Below, piece after piece: positions 1 to 13,164 of a DNA stretch of 64,000 nt (position 1 is the stretch's first letter; each line of letters opens with the position of its first letter). The stretch comes from Cetorhinus maximus (lineage: Eukaryota): the NCBI RefSeq assembly GCF_964194155.1, contig NC_135879.1:84444001-84508000 (forward strand), read 5' to 3'. The notes beneath the pieces are model-generated. The model had not been told where the DNA came from. It saw only the letters and a program-made list of their open reading frames with translations, and did not search any database. A program made the translations under genes and the position numbers.

Positions 1-72
1 CAGCAGGACCTCAGAGGGGAGATCAGAAGTCAGTGGTGGAAGAGATTAAAAGGATCGGGGTGGAGAGGAGAG

Positions 73-324
73 TGTTATATTATAAAGGGTTAACAGAATG
101 GATATGCTAATCCATGGGACACATGATGATGTGGCACTGACATCAGGAAGCGTGTACTGGGTACTGTACGGAGCAGATGGGCAGCCCTGAGGGGTGATGC
201 GCCTTCCTGATAACTCTGTATGTACATACTGTAAATAGTGTAAATAAACTAGTTTTTAAATAGATACCCTGCCTAGCCTGCAGCTCCCGCTTGCTAGAAT
301 CCAGACCTAGCACCTACTACAACA
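73..324 (+). mobile_element. LTR (probable 3' LTR of an LTR retrotransposon, Gypsy-like)
   Basis: Starts TGTT and ends AACA (inverted termini); AATAAA at 243-248; directly preceded by a purine tract GGGGTGGAGAGGAGAG (PPT-like). Confidence 0.6.
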
Positions 325-2109
325 GCTATGTCTGATTGTGGCAGGTGGGTGAAGCTGATAAACTGGATCCAGTAGGTAAGTGGAAAGGTACCACCTTCTT
401 GATCCAGGAGTCGTTGCTGTCTTTTAGCTGTCAGTTTTCCTGAAAACCAGGCAATCCAGCCAGCCAGGTTTAAAGTGGGAAAACAGTTAATTCTGAGACA
501 CACAGCCTCATAATAATAGCCAATAACTGATCTCCTGCAATCGAGTTGGCCACCTGCACCCAATACCGCTTCCATTGAAGCCAGAAGTGGGCAGCTTTGG
601 GTTTAAAATTACTCTAAAATGGTTGAAGAGAAAATTTTCAAATATTTGTGGTATGCAAGTACCTTGCGGTGTCATTTCATTCAAACATGATGCAGTCATA
701 TTTGCGTGACCGTGATAAATTATTCTAAATACAAAAACTTCTTGATTTTAATTAACAAAGGAATACGACAACAAAATGGGTCATTTGTTGGAAGCACTTT
801 TAGTAATTGTTTGGAGTGAAAATTTCACTTGGCTCATGAATCTGCCGTTCACCAACAATGTATGCCTATCCCTTATTGTGGGCACTAGCATAGTCAGCGT
901 GACCCACAGTCACACTGTGTGAATTGCCCTGAAGCCCTTTGCAGGTTAAAAGTAAGGGAGATATTAAAAATCCTTCAGCTCCTAAGAGAGAAAATTCCTG
1001 GCAAAAAGTTAGAAGAAGTGCCCCAGAATTAATTATTTTTGCCTGGGGAACTTTTGTGGTCTTTCTAAGGCCCTTCATGGAACTCTCAGCGTGATCAGAG
1101 GCATGGGAATGTACAGCTAGAGCTATAGACATATGGAGTGAGGAGCAGATCAGAAGCATATGGGAAAGCCTGGAACAAAGAAAAGGGAAGATTGGAGGCA
1201 TGGGATAGATGGGGAGGAAAAATAATAATTTTATGACATTTCCTGCTTTTCCTGCAACCAATAAATTTCCAGGATTCATATGCTAGTTGCCTGTGCTTCA
1301 CTGGCACCTTACAGGAAGCTATATTTCATCATTGGACCTCAATTAAAAATAATAAACAATGGCATTCACTCAATATCGGTGCTTCATGAAAATAAGAATA
1401 TTGCTGAAAAAAGAGAGATAGAAAACTTAGACAATGTATCTAGACACACTGTGAATGTAAATGGTCATTTGTTACATCAATACTTTGTCCAGGATATTAA
1501 AAGCAGAAGAAGGACAAACGAAATAGAAATTAAAAAAGCATAGCACAATAAAACGATAACAAAAGACTATGAAGAATTATTTTCCAGCCAAAATCATGTC
1601 AGTTAAAACAAATGATCTTCTATTGAATTACTATAATTATGTGTAGCACTGCAGTCCCTCTTTAAACAACTGCGGTCATCAATTATTGTACAACTGGAGA
1701 CAAAATTAATGGAAAGTTAAGAGGTTTGCAGCCACTGTGAACATTAGTAGGGTCATAGATTTTACCAAAGTGCATTATCACTGATGCAAGTTGCTGAAGT
1801 CAATCATAAGAGTTAAGGAATGTCTCAAAAACTCCCTATCCTGCTCCAAATATATAACAGCATCATTTTGGCTGATGGGTGGAATGTGCCCTTTGCAGTT
1901 GTTTCTCAATCTCAGCTCTAATGTATCACTTAGCCGACTGATCACATATTCCAATGAATAGATATTTTTGCTTACACTGCTTTTGAAAAGTTTGCAGCTA
2001 CAAATAAGATTATAGAGAGAAATACTTGCATTTGTATAGTGCCTTTCCCAACCTCTGGAAATCCCAAAGTGCTTTGCAACCAATTAGGTACTTTTGAAGT
2101 GTAGACACT

Positions 2110-5100
2110 GGGTAGAATTTAAAGGCTGTGGCGGGCATCTATCGACTGGAAAATCAGTGACAACTCCCTCGCTACGGCAATTTTCAGGAGGCCCAATGGG
2201 ACTAAGTACCAATTAGGCACTTACCTTCCAGTCATTACGCTTCCCAGCTTGAGTGGGGTAGATATCCTGCCTCGAAGAGCTACTGCATAGCCAATCAGAG
2301 CTGGCAGCACTCCAGTGTCACTGGGAGCAGTGGCAGTGCCACTGCCCAGAATCACAGAATTGTTATGGTGTAGAAGGAGGCCATTCAGCCCATCTTGTCT
2401 ACACTGGCTGTCTGAGCATTTTAACTTAGTACCATTCTCCTGCCTTTTCCCCGTAACTTTGCACATTATTTCTATTTAAATAATCATCCAATGCCCTTTT
2501 GAATGCCTCAATTGAACCTGCCTCCACCATACTTCCAGGCAGTGCATTCCAAACCCTAACTACTCACTGTGTGAAAAAGTTTTTTCTCACCTTGCATTTG
2601 CTTCTTTTGCAAAACACTTTAAAACTGTGCCCTCTGGTTCTCGATCCGTTTAGGAGCGGGAAAAGTTTCTCCCCATCTCTCTGTCCAGGCCCCTCATTAT
2701 CTTGAAAACTTCTATCAAGTCTCCTCTTAGCTTTCTCCTCTCCAAGGAAAACAGTCCCAACTTCTCCAATCTTTCCTCATAACTGAAGTGTCTCATCTCG
2801 GGAACCATTCTCATAAACCTCTTCTGCACTCTCTCCAATGCATTCACATCCTTCCTATAGTGTGGCACCCAGATCTGAACACAATATTCCAGTTGAGGTC
2901 TAACCAGTGTCTAATATAAGTTCATCATAACCTCCCTGCTCTTGTACTCTATGCCATGATTAATGAAGCCTAGAATACTGTGTGCTTTAGAAACAGCTCT
3001 CTCTACCTGTCCTGCCACCTTTAATGACTTATGTACATATACTCCCAGGTCTCTCTGCTCCTACACACCCCTTAGAATAGTATATTTTATTTTATACTGT
3101 CTTTCCATGTTCTTTGTACCAAAGTGTATCACCTCACACTTCTCCGCATTGAACTTCATCTGCCACCTATCTGCCCACTCCACCAATGTGTCAATGACCT
3201 TCTGAAGTTTTACACTGTCCTACTCACAGTTTACAATTCTCCCAAGTTTTGTGTCATTCGCAAACTTTGAAATTGTCCCCTGCACACCAAGATCTAGATC
3301 ATTTAAATATGTCAGGAAGAGCAAGGATCCCAATACCGACCCCTGGAGAATTCCACTACATACCTTCTTCTAGCTTGAAAAATACCTATTAACCATTATT
3401 CTATGTTTCCTATCCTTCAGCCAATTTTGTATCCACGTTGCTACTGCCCCTTTTATTCCATGACGTATAACTTTCCTCACAAGTCTGTTGTGTAGCACTG
3501 TATTAAACGGCTTTTGGAAGTCCATATAGATCACATCAATGGCCTTGCCCTCATCAACTATCGCTGATACTTCTTCAAAAGACTCCAGCAAAATTAGTTA
3601 GACACAATTTTCCTTGTACAAATCCATGCAGACTCTTCTGAATCAATCCACATTTTTCCATGTGACTATTAGCTCTATCCAGAATAATTGTTTCTAGACA
3701 TTTCCCCAACACCGAAGTTAAACTGGTTGGTCTGTAATTGCAGGGCAGATCTTTACAACCTTTTTTGAACAAGGGTGTAATGTTTGCAATTCTCCAGCCC
3801 TCCTCCACCTCCCCCCAATCCAGGGAACATTGAAAGATTATTGCCAGTGCCTCTGCAATTTCCACTCTCACTTCCTTCAAGATTCTTGGATGCATCTCAT
3901 CTGGTCCCAGTGCCTTATCAACTCTAAGTACCAACACCTTATACAATACCTCCTCCTTATCAATTTTAAACCCATGTAGTAACTGAGTTTCCTCCTCTGT
4001 CATCATGGCCTGGGCAGCATCTACCTCGTAAGTAAAGACAGATGCAAAGTATTCATTTAACGCCTCAGTCATGCCTCTTGCCTCTATGTGTAAATCCCCT
4101 TTTTGGTCCCTAATCGGCCCTACTCCTCCTTTTACCACCCTTTTACTATTGATGTGCTTATAGAATGCTTTGGGATTTCCTTTTATGTGAGCTGCCAGTC
4201 TTTTTTCATAATCCCTCCTTGTTTCTCGTATTTACTTTTTCACATCCCTTCTGAACCTTCTGTGTTCAGCTTGGTTCTCAATTGGATTTGCTACCTGACA
4301 CTTGTCGTAAGCACACTTTTTCTTCTTTAACTTAACTTCTATCTCCTTTGACATCCAGGGAGTTCTGGATTTGTTTGTCCTACCCTTCCCTTTTGAGGGA
4401 ACATACTTTGACTGTTCCCAAACCATCTCCGCTTTGAATGTATCCCATTGTTCAGCTACTGTATTTCCTGCCAACCTTTGGTTCCAGTCTATCTGGCCCA
4501 GCTCGTTTCTTGCCCCATTGAAGTCCGCTCTGTGCCAGTTGATTATTCTTATTCTGGATTGACCAATATCCTATTCCTCTGTAATCCTAAACCTTATTAT
4601 ACAGTAATCACAGTCCCCTAAATGTTCCCCTACTGTCACTTGATCTACTTGGCCCACCTCATTCCCAAGAACCAGGTCTAGCAGTGCCTCCTTTCTTGTT
4701 GGACTGGACACATACTGCTGAAGGAAATTCTCCTGAACATAATCTAGGAACGTTTGTCCCTCACTGCCCCTTACACTACCACTATCCCAGTCTATATACG
4801 GTAATTGAAGTCCCCCATTATAACTACTCTACGATGTTTACACCTCTCTGTAATTTCCTTGCAGATTTGTTCCTTTATATCCTTTCCACTAGCTGGAGGT
4901 CTATACATTACACTGAGCAATGGAATTGCTTATTCCTTAGCTCTAGCCAAATCCTTGTCCTTGAATCCTCTGACACATCCTCTTTCTCCAGTACCGCAAT
5001 ACTCTCCTTAACCAAAAACACCGCCCCTCGTACTGCAGTGGGGCCTAGGCAATGCATCCAGGATGGAGCACCAGGATTAAAGGTATGTGTGCAAGTTTGC

Positions 5101-5528
5101 GGGGGGCCAGAAAGGGAGGTATCAGCAGAGATGGGGGAAGGGGGTTAGTATTCCGCACAGGTCGGGGGGGGGGTCTTCACCCCTGGGTGCCCTAGGCCTC
5201 CTGTGGATTTCTCCTTTTGGAAGTAGAAAGGATATCCCTCCCCCACCAGGCCACAGGCATACCTCCCAGGGTTCAAAACTAGAAGCATCAGGATGAGGCC
5301 TTTCAATGGTTACTTAAGGGCCTCAATTAGCCTCCGGCCAGAAAGGCTATCTTCGGGCCTACCCACCTTGGAATAAAGTGGAGAGTTGCAGGAAGGCAGC
5401 AACAGACCCCCCTCCTCCGAGTTCACCTCAGGTAGGGGTGGTGGAGGGTGGGGGGGGCGAGGGGGGGGTTAGTGGAGGCGGTGGGAAGGGGGTGGTGGAG
5501 GGCAGGGTGATATTAATTTTCGTTCAAT
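2110..5528. mobile_element. Non-autonomous DNA transposon (Harbinger-type MITE), halves ~2110-2346 and ~5029-5528, interrupted by a CR1
   Basis: Left end GGGTAGAATTT resembles the other MITE termini in the window; the GC-rich body resumes (gtactgcag) right after the CR1; right end is degraded. Confidence 0.5.
2347..5028 (-). mobile_element. CR1 LINE, 5'-truncated, degenerate ORF2 (endonuclease end plus RT)
   Basis: ORF fragments 4232-4474, 3575-4138, 3370-3591 (DVIYMDFQKPF) and 2650-2868 (PHYRKDVNALERVQKRF); 3' tail ATTCTGTG repeat (cagaatcacagaat on +). Confidence 0.92.
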
Positions 5529-6479
5529 GCTGCTATGTTGGCAGCATTGCATGCAACAAGCTTCCAAAACAGCAATTCAATAATGACCAAATAACCTGTT
5601 TTAGTTGATTGAAGGACAGCTATTGATCATGCGAATGGGCAGAACTCCTCTACTCATCTTTAAAATAATGCCTCAGGATCTTCTTACATCCATCTGTGAA
5701 GGTAGAAAGGACCTTGATTTAATGTCTCATCAAAGATGACACCTCAGGCAATGTAGCACTCCCTTTGTACTGGACTAGTGTCAACCTAGATTTTGTACTC
5801 TAGTCCCTGAAGCAGGACTTGAATGCACAACCTTCTGACTTAGGCCAGGACTTTCCAGTCCTGCCAATGGCGGGATAAGTGGCAGGCAGGGGTGGACAAT
5901 ACGTCAGGAGTTAAAAAATCAGTTTCCCAATGGGGTGACCGTTATGGCAGGATAATGGCAGGTCGCATTTCCCACTAGGGGCCATCGGGAAGCCATTTTG
6001 CATCTCGTGGTTGGGATTCAAATAAATACCCAACCAGACCACCCTCACCACCACCTCTCCCACCCAACCCGCCCGTCCAATCGACTGTCCCACCAGCGGG
6101 ATTTGATACCGGTCCAGAATACATTTGGACCCAATGTGGCATGTACTTGTCTGGATGGGCATGTGGTGCAGCAAGTGGAGCCTGGACTCAATGCTGGAGT
6201 CAGGAGCTGCAGGTGGAGCCTCGACCAAGTGGAGCCTCGACCAAGTATAACATCCAGCAACGGGTGTCCGGCTGCAGCAGGTAATGGTGTGTGACGAGAG
6301 CCTTTATAGGGTTGGGAGGGGAAGAAGACTAGGAGGAGGGGCACAAAAAGGTGGAGCAGGTTTGGATGCCAAAACAGGGGACAAGGTGGAAGTCTTGCTG
6401 GGATCTTGAATGGGTGCAGTGGGGAAATAGAGTGGGAGCGAAGGAAGGGCAGTGGGGGGAACGGTAAGTTTGGACAGGC

Positions 6480-6692
6480 AGGGAAAAATTCTATTTAATT
6501 GATCTTTCAATGGCCTTAATAGACCTTTTAATTATCAGTGGGGGGTGGGTCGCTGCTGACTCTGGCGCATGCCAACCGATCGAAATATCGCGCGACTACG
6601 CGTTGACATCGGGACACTTACCCGACATCAATGAGCATCATTTTACGCTTGAACAGGTCGGCCGCGCGCCCACCGAGCTAAAAATTTTATCC
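6480..6692 (-). mobile_element. Terminal fragment of the multi-hairpin MITE family
   Basis: tggccttaatagacc...gacatcgggacacttacccgacatca...cattttacg...aaaattttatcc matches the reverse complement of the left end of the 15257, 52207 and 54235 copies. Confidence 0.7.
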
Positions 6693-7237
6693 AATGGGTG
6701 TTTGCATTCAAAGAGAAAGATATTTATAAAGAAGGAGCAAGGGCTGTCTGTAAGGAAAGGCATTTTTAAGATCTCACAAGTGTGAAAAAACCTTCAGCGT
6801 CTATGCCTTTAAGCTGCTGCCTTCAAAGAGCTGAAGTTAAGAAACCTATGTGTCTTACTGTTGCCTTAGCAAAAGTGTAACTGGGAGTTAGATTAATTAG
6901 GGGATTTAGAGATTATCATAGTAGGAATTTGTAGATCTATGTATGTATTTAAAGTCATTTCTTCTAGTAGGAATTTGTAGATCTATGTATGTATTTAAAG
7001 TCATTTCCTCTAGTAGGAATTTGTAGATCTATGTACGTATTTAAAGTCATTTCTTCTATTAATAAATGTGGAATCTAGTTTTGTAAAAACCTTTAAGACT
7101 TGGTGGTCTTATTACTACTGAATGCAAGGCACGCATCTTGAAATTTATACAAATATCAAAACAAGTTGTGGCAATTGTTTCAAGTTTCCCTTTGGGATTT
7201 GAACAACTCAGCATTTACCATCGGCTGTGCCATAACA
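6693..7237 (+). mobile_element. LTR-like fragment (3' part)
   Basis: AT-rich, AATAAA at ~7061, ends CATAACA like an LTR terminus; interrupts the Harbinger element. Confidence 0.45.
6921..7058 (+). repeat. Tandem repeat, 3 x 46 bp
   Basis: Unit gtaggaatttgtagatctatgtatgtatttaaagtcatttcttcta at 6921, 6967 and 7013, with single mismatches. Confidence 0.95.
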
Positions 7238-7439
7238 GTATCGAAAAGGCTGTGAAGGGCAAAGGAGCAACATGCGAGTGAGACTTCTTGCACCTGGCTC
7301 ACAAGGGCCATGGCAAAGATTGATGCCTCCCCATGCATGCATAATTCTGGGGGACATTGCACCAAGACAGTAAGCATGGCTCCTTAATGGATATAGGCCA
7401 GATGCTGACTTCACCGTCTGCACATGAGTGATCCTGAAC

Positions 7440-8241
7440 CTCACCTGCCAGCTCAGCAGCTCATTCTTTGAATGGTGTGAGGTGCCGGAGTTCAGCCATG
7501 CCCCCCTCCTGTCCTCTCTCCTTCGTGCTTGTTGTGCATTAACCTGTCCTGCGCAAGGAAAGAAAATGGCTTGAGAGCAATTGGGATGCAGGTGGCATTC
7601 ACATGCTGCCAGTTTTCACCAACAACCCACTGACTGCTGTGTGCCATGTGAAAGATGCACTGCAGCTAGTCCACAAGGGTTCTTCAGCAGCACCCTCCAG
7701 AGCTGTGAGCTCGTGTAGATAGAAGGATAAGACCGACAGAGGCTTGGCATCAGCAGTGAATGCACCCCCCTCCTCCCCCCACCACACGCACACAATATGC
7801 TCTCTCTGTATGGCATAGTCAAAAGCCTGCAGTCATCTGCCTACCTGCAGCTACATGGACCGCAGTGAGGCTATGAGGCATCACTGCATCAGGTTGAGAC
7901 GGGCATTTGTGAATGGGCAGCACAGGCAGTGTTCTTTCCACTGAGCCCTATGTCCCAGTTTCCATTCAGTCAGGTTAGTCTCTGGAGTAGAGGCTTCACT
8001 TACCCTGGAGGTGTGGGTGAGGAAATTCATCATTTTCCTATACTGCAGGGCTGTCCTCTGGTGAATGCAGTTGGTACTCACCACCCTGGCAACTACCTCC
8101 CGTGTAGGGCCGGTGAGTCAGGTGGGCCTCCTCAGTCCATCCCTCGGGTGGAGTCCTCTTGTCCTCCACTGCACTCAGCAGTATTTCCAGTGCAGCATTG
8201 CTAAATCTGGGTATCAGTGCTCCTTGGGTTCTGCGTTCCAT
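7440..8241 (-). pseudogene. Harbinger accessory Myb/SANT-like DNA-binding gene remnant, two exons (~8241-8004 and 7548-~7440)
   Basis: Exon 1: MERRTQGALIPRFSNAALEILLSAVEDKR...VSTNCIHQRTALQYRKMMNFLTHTSR then GTAAGT. Exon 2 after TTCCTTGCGCAG: DRLMHNKHEGERTGGG/(frameshift)MAELRHLTPFKE*AAELAGE. Confidence 0.75.
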
Positions 8242-9130
8242 GTCCTGACCCATAGTTAAGAGCTCAATAAAGCTGTATCTTCCCAGGCGACTTTTAAATT
8301 AGGTGCCTGGATATGGCAGTGGTGTGTGTAACTTCTTGCCTGCCCCACTGCGGACAATGTCAGGAAACCCCCAACTGCATAGTTAATGTACCCAGCTTGT
8401 GCGATTTCCCACTGGGCTCCATGGCGGACAACATTCTTGCTTCCTGCCATGGGACTTAGGCCCAGACTGGTATACCCCAGTCTCAGAGATGAGAGTGCTA
8501 TCAGCTGTGCTTCTCTGTTTGTCTTTCTTTCTCTGTAACTTTTTGATTGTTCAATTGCTATTGTGTATCATTTGTCTGAAACTTTAGCCAATTTATTTTA
8601 AATGAGTTATTGCTTCCACTAACATAGCAGAAAGAGTGATTTTAGACATATGCATTGACCATTCAGACACTAGTGTTCCATGGTGTCATGGTTGCTTCTC
8701 TGTGTGTGATTCTTTATGTCCTGAAGTTACTGAAATAATTTTAAAAGGGTTACTGTGAAGAAAGTAATTTTAGAACAGCATAATTTAGCATTAGTATTCC
8801 ACCATGGTCCATAGTAGTTTCTGCTTTTTGATAAACCCTGTTTTTGCCTTGCTCTTTATCACTCTTTTCTTAGTAAGATGTTTTATTAGTCTCACAGTAT
8901 AGGAGGTAAAAGTAGTCATTGAGATGTAACCAGCAACAGATCCAGAATTTACACAGCAAAAATCTGTTAAAAAGAAACTATTCCAACACGAGGGATGCAC
9001 TGCACTAATAAAATCAAGAGCATTCATGATTTGAATAAAATAGAGCAAGTGGCATTGCACAGACTAGAATAATAACACAATTTATTTTTTCTGCTGATTT
9101 GTCCTAATTGTTTGCCTGTTATGTTTAAAA

Positions 9131-12100
9131 ACTTAGAAACTAGGAGCAGGAGTAAACCATTCAGCCCTTCGAGCCTGCTTCGCCATTCAATGTGACCATG
9201 GTTGATCCTCTATCTCAAAGCCATATTCCCGCTTTCTCTCCATACCCCTTGATGCCCCTAATATCCAAAAAATTATCAATTTCATCCCTCAGTGACCCGG
9301 CCCCCACAGCGTTCTGTGGTAGAGAATTCTGTGGGTTGACCACCCACTGAGTGAAGAAATTTTTCCTCATCTCAGTCCTAAATGGCCTGCCCCATATCCT
9401 GAGACTGGCCCTTGGTTCTAGACTCCTCAACCAGGGGAAACCTCCTCCCTGTATCTAGTCTATCTAGCCCTGTTTGAAATGTATAAAATTATATCAGATT
9501 GCCCTCTCATTCTTCTAAACTCTAGTGAATACAGGCCCAGTCAAACAAATCTCTCCTCATCCAACAGCCATGCCATTCCTGGTATCAGCCTAGTGAACCT
9601 TCGCTGCACTCCCTCTATAGCAAGTATATTCTTTCTTGGGTCAGGAGACCAAAACTGCATGCAATACCCCAGGTGTTGTCTCACCAAAGCCTTGTATAAC
9701 TTCAGTAAGACATCCCTACTTCTGAACTCAAATCCTCTTGCAATGAAGGCCAACATGCCATTTGCCTTCCTAATTGCTTGCTGCACCTGCCTGTTTATTT
9801 TCATTGACTGGTGTACAAGGACACCCAGGTCCCTTTGTACATCCACATTTCCCAATGTATCACCATTTAAATAATATACTGCCTTTCTGTTTTCACACCA
9901 AATCGTATAACTTCACATTTATCCACGTTATACTGCATCTGTCATGTGTTTGCCCACACACACAACTTGTCTAAATTGCCCTGAAGCCTCCTTGCATCCT
10001 CCTCACAACCCGCCCAATTTTGTGTCATCAGCAAACTTGGAAATATTGCATTTGGTTTCCTCATCCAAGTCGTTTATATATATCGTGAATAGCTGGAGCC
10101 CAAGCACTGATCCCTGCAGTACACCACTAGGCAACCCCTGCCATCTGGAAAAAGACCCATTTATTCCCACTCTCTGTTTCCAGTCTGTCAACCAATTCTC
10201 AATCCATGCCAGTATATTACCCCAGATCCCATGTGCTTTAATTTTGCCCATTAGCCTCTTATGTGGGACCTTACCAAAAGCCTTCTTGAAACCCAAATGC
10301 ACCACATCCACTGGTTCTCCCCTTATCTATTCTACTAGTTACATCCTCAAGAAACTCCAGTAGATTAGTTAAGCATGATTTCCCTTTCATAAACCCATGC
10401 TGACTTTGTATAATCCTGTTAATGTTTTCTGAGTGTTCTGTTACCATGTCTTTTATAACAGATTCTAGCATTTTCCCCACTGCTGGTGTTAGGCTAACTT
10501 GCCTGTAATTCTCTACTTTTTCTCCCTCCTTTTTTAAATAGTGGGATTACGTTTGCCACCTTCCAATCTGTAGGAGCTGCTCCAGAGTCTATAGAGTTTT
10601 GGAAGATGAACACCAATGCATCCAATATTTCCAGGGCCACTTCCTTTAGTACTCTGGAATGTAGATTATCAGACCCTGGGGATTTTTCAGCCTTTAACCC
10701 CATTAATTTCTCTTGCACCATTTTTTTACTAATACTGATTTTCTTCAATTCCTCCCTCTCACTAGACCCTTGGCTCCCTATCATTTCTGGGAAATTATTT
10801 GTCCTCTATTGTGAAGACAGAACCAAAATATGTGTTCAATTCTTCTGCCATTTCTTTGTTCCCCATTATAATTTCCCCCGTTTCTGACTGTAAGAGACCT
10901 ACATTTGTCTTTGCTAATCTTTTTCTCTTTGGATATTTACAGAAGCTTTTACAGTCAGTTTTTATGTTCCCTGTAAGTTTGCTTTCATACTCCATTTTCT
11001 CCTTCTTCATTTTTTTATCCACTTTTGCTGAATTCTAAACCGTTCCCAATCCTCAGGCTTGCTGCTTTTTCTGGCAATTTTATATGTCTCTTCTTTGGAT
11101 CTAATGCTATCCCTAATTTCTTTTGTAATCCATGGTTGAGCCACCTTTCCTGTTTTATTTTTATGCCAGGCAGGAATGAATAATTGTTGTAATTCATGCA
11201 TACGTTCCTTAAGTATTAGCCATTACCTATCCACCGTCAACCCTTTTAGTAAGGTTCCCCAATCCACCATTGCCAACTTGTGGCTCATACCTTCGTGGCT
11301 CCCTTTATTTAGCTTCAGGACTCTAATTTCAGGATTCAACTTCTTCACTCTCCATCTTAATGGACAATTCTATCATTTAATGGTCGCTCTTCCCCAGCAC
11401 AAGAAGATTGTTAATTAATCCTTTCTCATTGCACAATACCCAGTCTAGGATAGCCTGCTCTCTTGTTGGTTCCTCAACGTATTGATCTAAAAAACCATCA
11501 TGTACACACTCCAGGAAATCCTCCTCCACAGTACTAATGTTAGTTTGGTTTGTCCAATCTATATGTATATTAAAGTCACCCATGATTACAGTTATACCCT
11601 TATTGCATGAGCCTCTAATTTCCTGTTTAATGCCTTCCCTTACATCTTCGTTACTGTTTCGGGGCCCATAGACAACCCCCACCAACGTTTTCTGCCCCTT
11701 GGTGTTTCTTATCTCCACCCAAACAGATTCCACACCATGATTTTCTGGGCCAATATCCTTCCTCACTATTGCATTGATTTCCTCCTTTTTTAACAGTGCT
11801 ACACCACCTCCTTTCCCTATTTGTCTGTCCTTCCTAAATTTTGAATACTCCTGGATGTTCAGCTCCCATCCATGGTCACCCTGCAGCCATGTCTCCGTAA
11901 TTGCAACTATATCATAACTGTTTATATCTACTTATGCTGTTAATTCATCTACTTTATTGCGAATGCCCTGCACATTAAGATACAATACCTTTAGTCTTGC
12001 CTTTTTAACCTTGTTAGTCACCTTAGCTTTATTTTACACTATGACCCCATTTGTTTTTTGCCCTTGTTTTTTCTACCTTCCACTTTTGCTTCTTACTTTT

Positions 12101-13140
12101 CTGTCTTTTGTTTCTATCCTTGTTTCCCCCTCCTCTGTCTCCCTGCTCAGGTTCCCATCCCCCTGCCATTCTAGTTTAAACCCTCCACTACCGCACTAGT
12201 AAACAGCCCCCCGAGGACATTGGTCCCGGTCCTGCCCAAATGCAACCCATCCTGTTTGCACTGGTCCTACCTTCCCCAGAACTGGCCCCAATGTCCCAGG
12301 AATCTGAATCCCCACCCTCTACACCATTTCTTCAGCCATGTATTCATCCAATATATCCTGTTATTTCTGCCCTCGCTACCACGTGGCACTGGTAGTAATC
12401 CTGAGATTACTATCCTTGAGGTCCTACTTTTTAATTTACATCCTAACTCCCTATATTCAGCTTGTAGGACCTCATCCCTTTTTTTTTTAACCTATGTCGT
12501 TGGTACTAATATGTACTACGACCACTGGCTGTTTGCCCTCCCCCTTCAGAATGCTCTGCAGCCTCTCCGAGACAACCTTGACCCTGGCACCAGGGAGGCA
12601 ACATACCATCCTGGAGTCTCTTTTGAGGCCACAGGAACACCTGTCTGTTCCCCTTACTATTGGAACCCCTATCATTATAGCCCTGCCACTCTTCTTCCCA
12701 TAGTGCCATGGACTTGGCTGCTGCTGCTTTCCCCTGAGAAATCATCTCCCTCAACAGTATCCAAAACAGTATATCTGTTCGAGAGGGGGATGGCCACAGG
12801 GACTCCTGTGCCACCTGCCTTCCTCTACTCTGCCTGGTGGTCACCCATCTCCTTTCTGCCTGATCAGTCTTTACCTGCGGGGTGACCATCTCACTGAATG
12901 TGCTGTCCATGATAATCTCGGCATCGTGGATGCTCCACAGTGAATCTGCACGCAGTTCCAGCTCCGAAATGTGGTTAGACAGTAGCTGCAACTGGACACG
13001 CTTCCTGCACACATGGTCGCCAGGGACACTAGAAGTGTCCATGACTTCCCACATAGCACAGGGGAGCATATCACGGGTGCCATATCTGCTTCCATGACTT
13101 CCCTTTAGATTAAGCTTATTAGTTACTCCCTTTAAAGAAT
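9131..13140 (-). mobile_element. Near full-length CR1 LINE (ORF1 with Zn-finger-like N-terminus and SGNH esterase-like domain; ORF2 APE endonuclease plus RT), frameshifted
   Basis: 12506-13069 (CAMWEV..DHVCRK..QLQLL); 12487-12675 (IVRGTDR..MVCCLPGARVK..VVHISTNDIG); 11377-11766 (MGDFN, LDWVL, SDH); 10003-10311 (QGSVLG, FADD); 3'UTR taggagcaggagta. Confidence 0.95.
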
Positions 13141-13164
13141 ACTAACTATGCTAGGGGCCTTATT

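Larger units (their letters stand above)
5843..8482 (-). mobile_element. PIF/Harbinger-derived DNA transposon with decayed Myb/SANT-like gene; contains further insertions
   Basis: 3-bp flanks TTA (5840-5842) and TCA (8483-8485) inside a SINE; degraded TIRs sharing CCAGTC; carries Myb-like exons. Confidence 0.7.
2020..8512 (-). mobile_element. Deu-domain SINE (SacSINE1/AmnSINE1-like) split into three pieces (~2020-2109, ~5530-5842, 8483-8512) by nested insertions
   Basis: L2-type tail (acttgcatttgtatagtgccttt), body with aatgtctcatcaaagatgacacctc and tRNA-like head. The head ccttctgact|cagagatgagagtgcta is rejoined when 5843-8482 is removed. Confidence 0.7.

Noticed and set aside
5430-5510. 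G-quadruplex-prone G runs
   Set aside because: Lies inside a GC-rich MITE where such runs are common; no evidence of function.
6921-7058. Regular repeats suggesting a CRISPR array
   Set aside because: Head-to-tail 46-bp units with no unique spacers, in vertebrate DNA with no cas genes.
12220-12885. 221-aa plus-strand ORF
   Set aside because: Antisense to CR1 ORF1.
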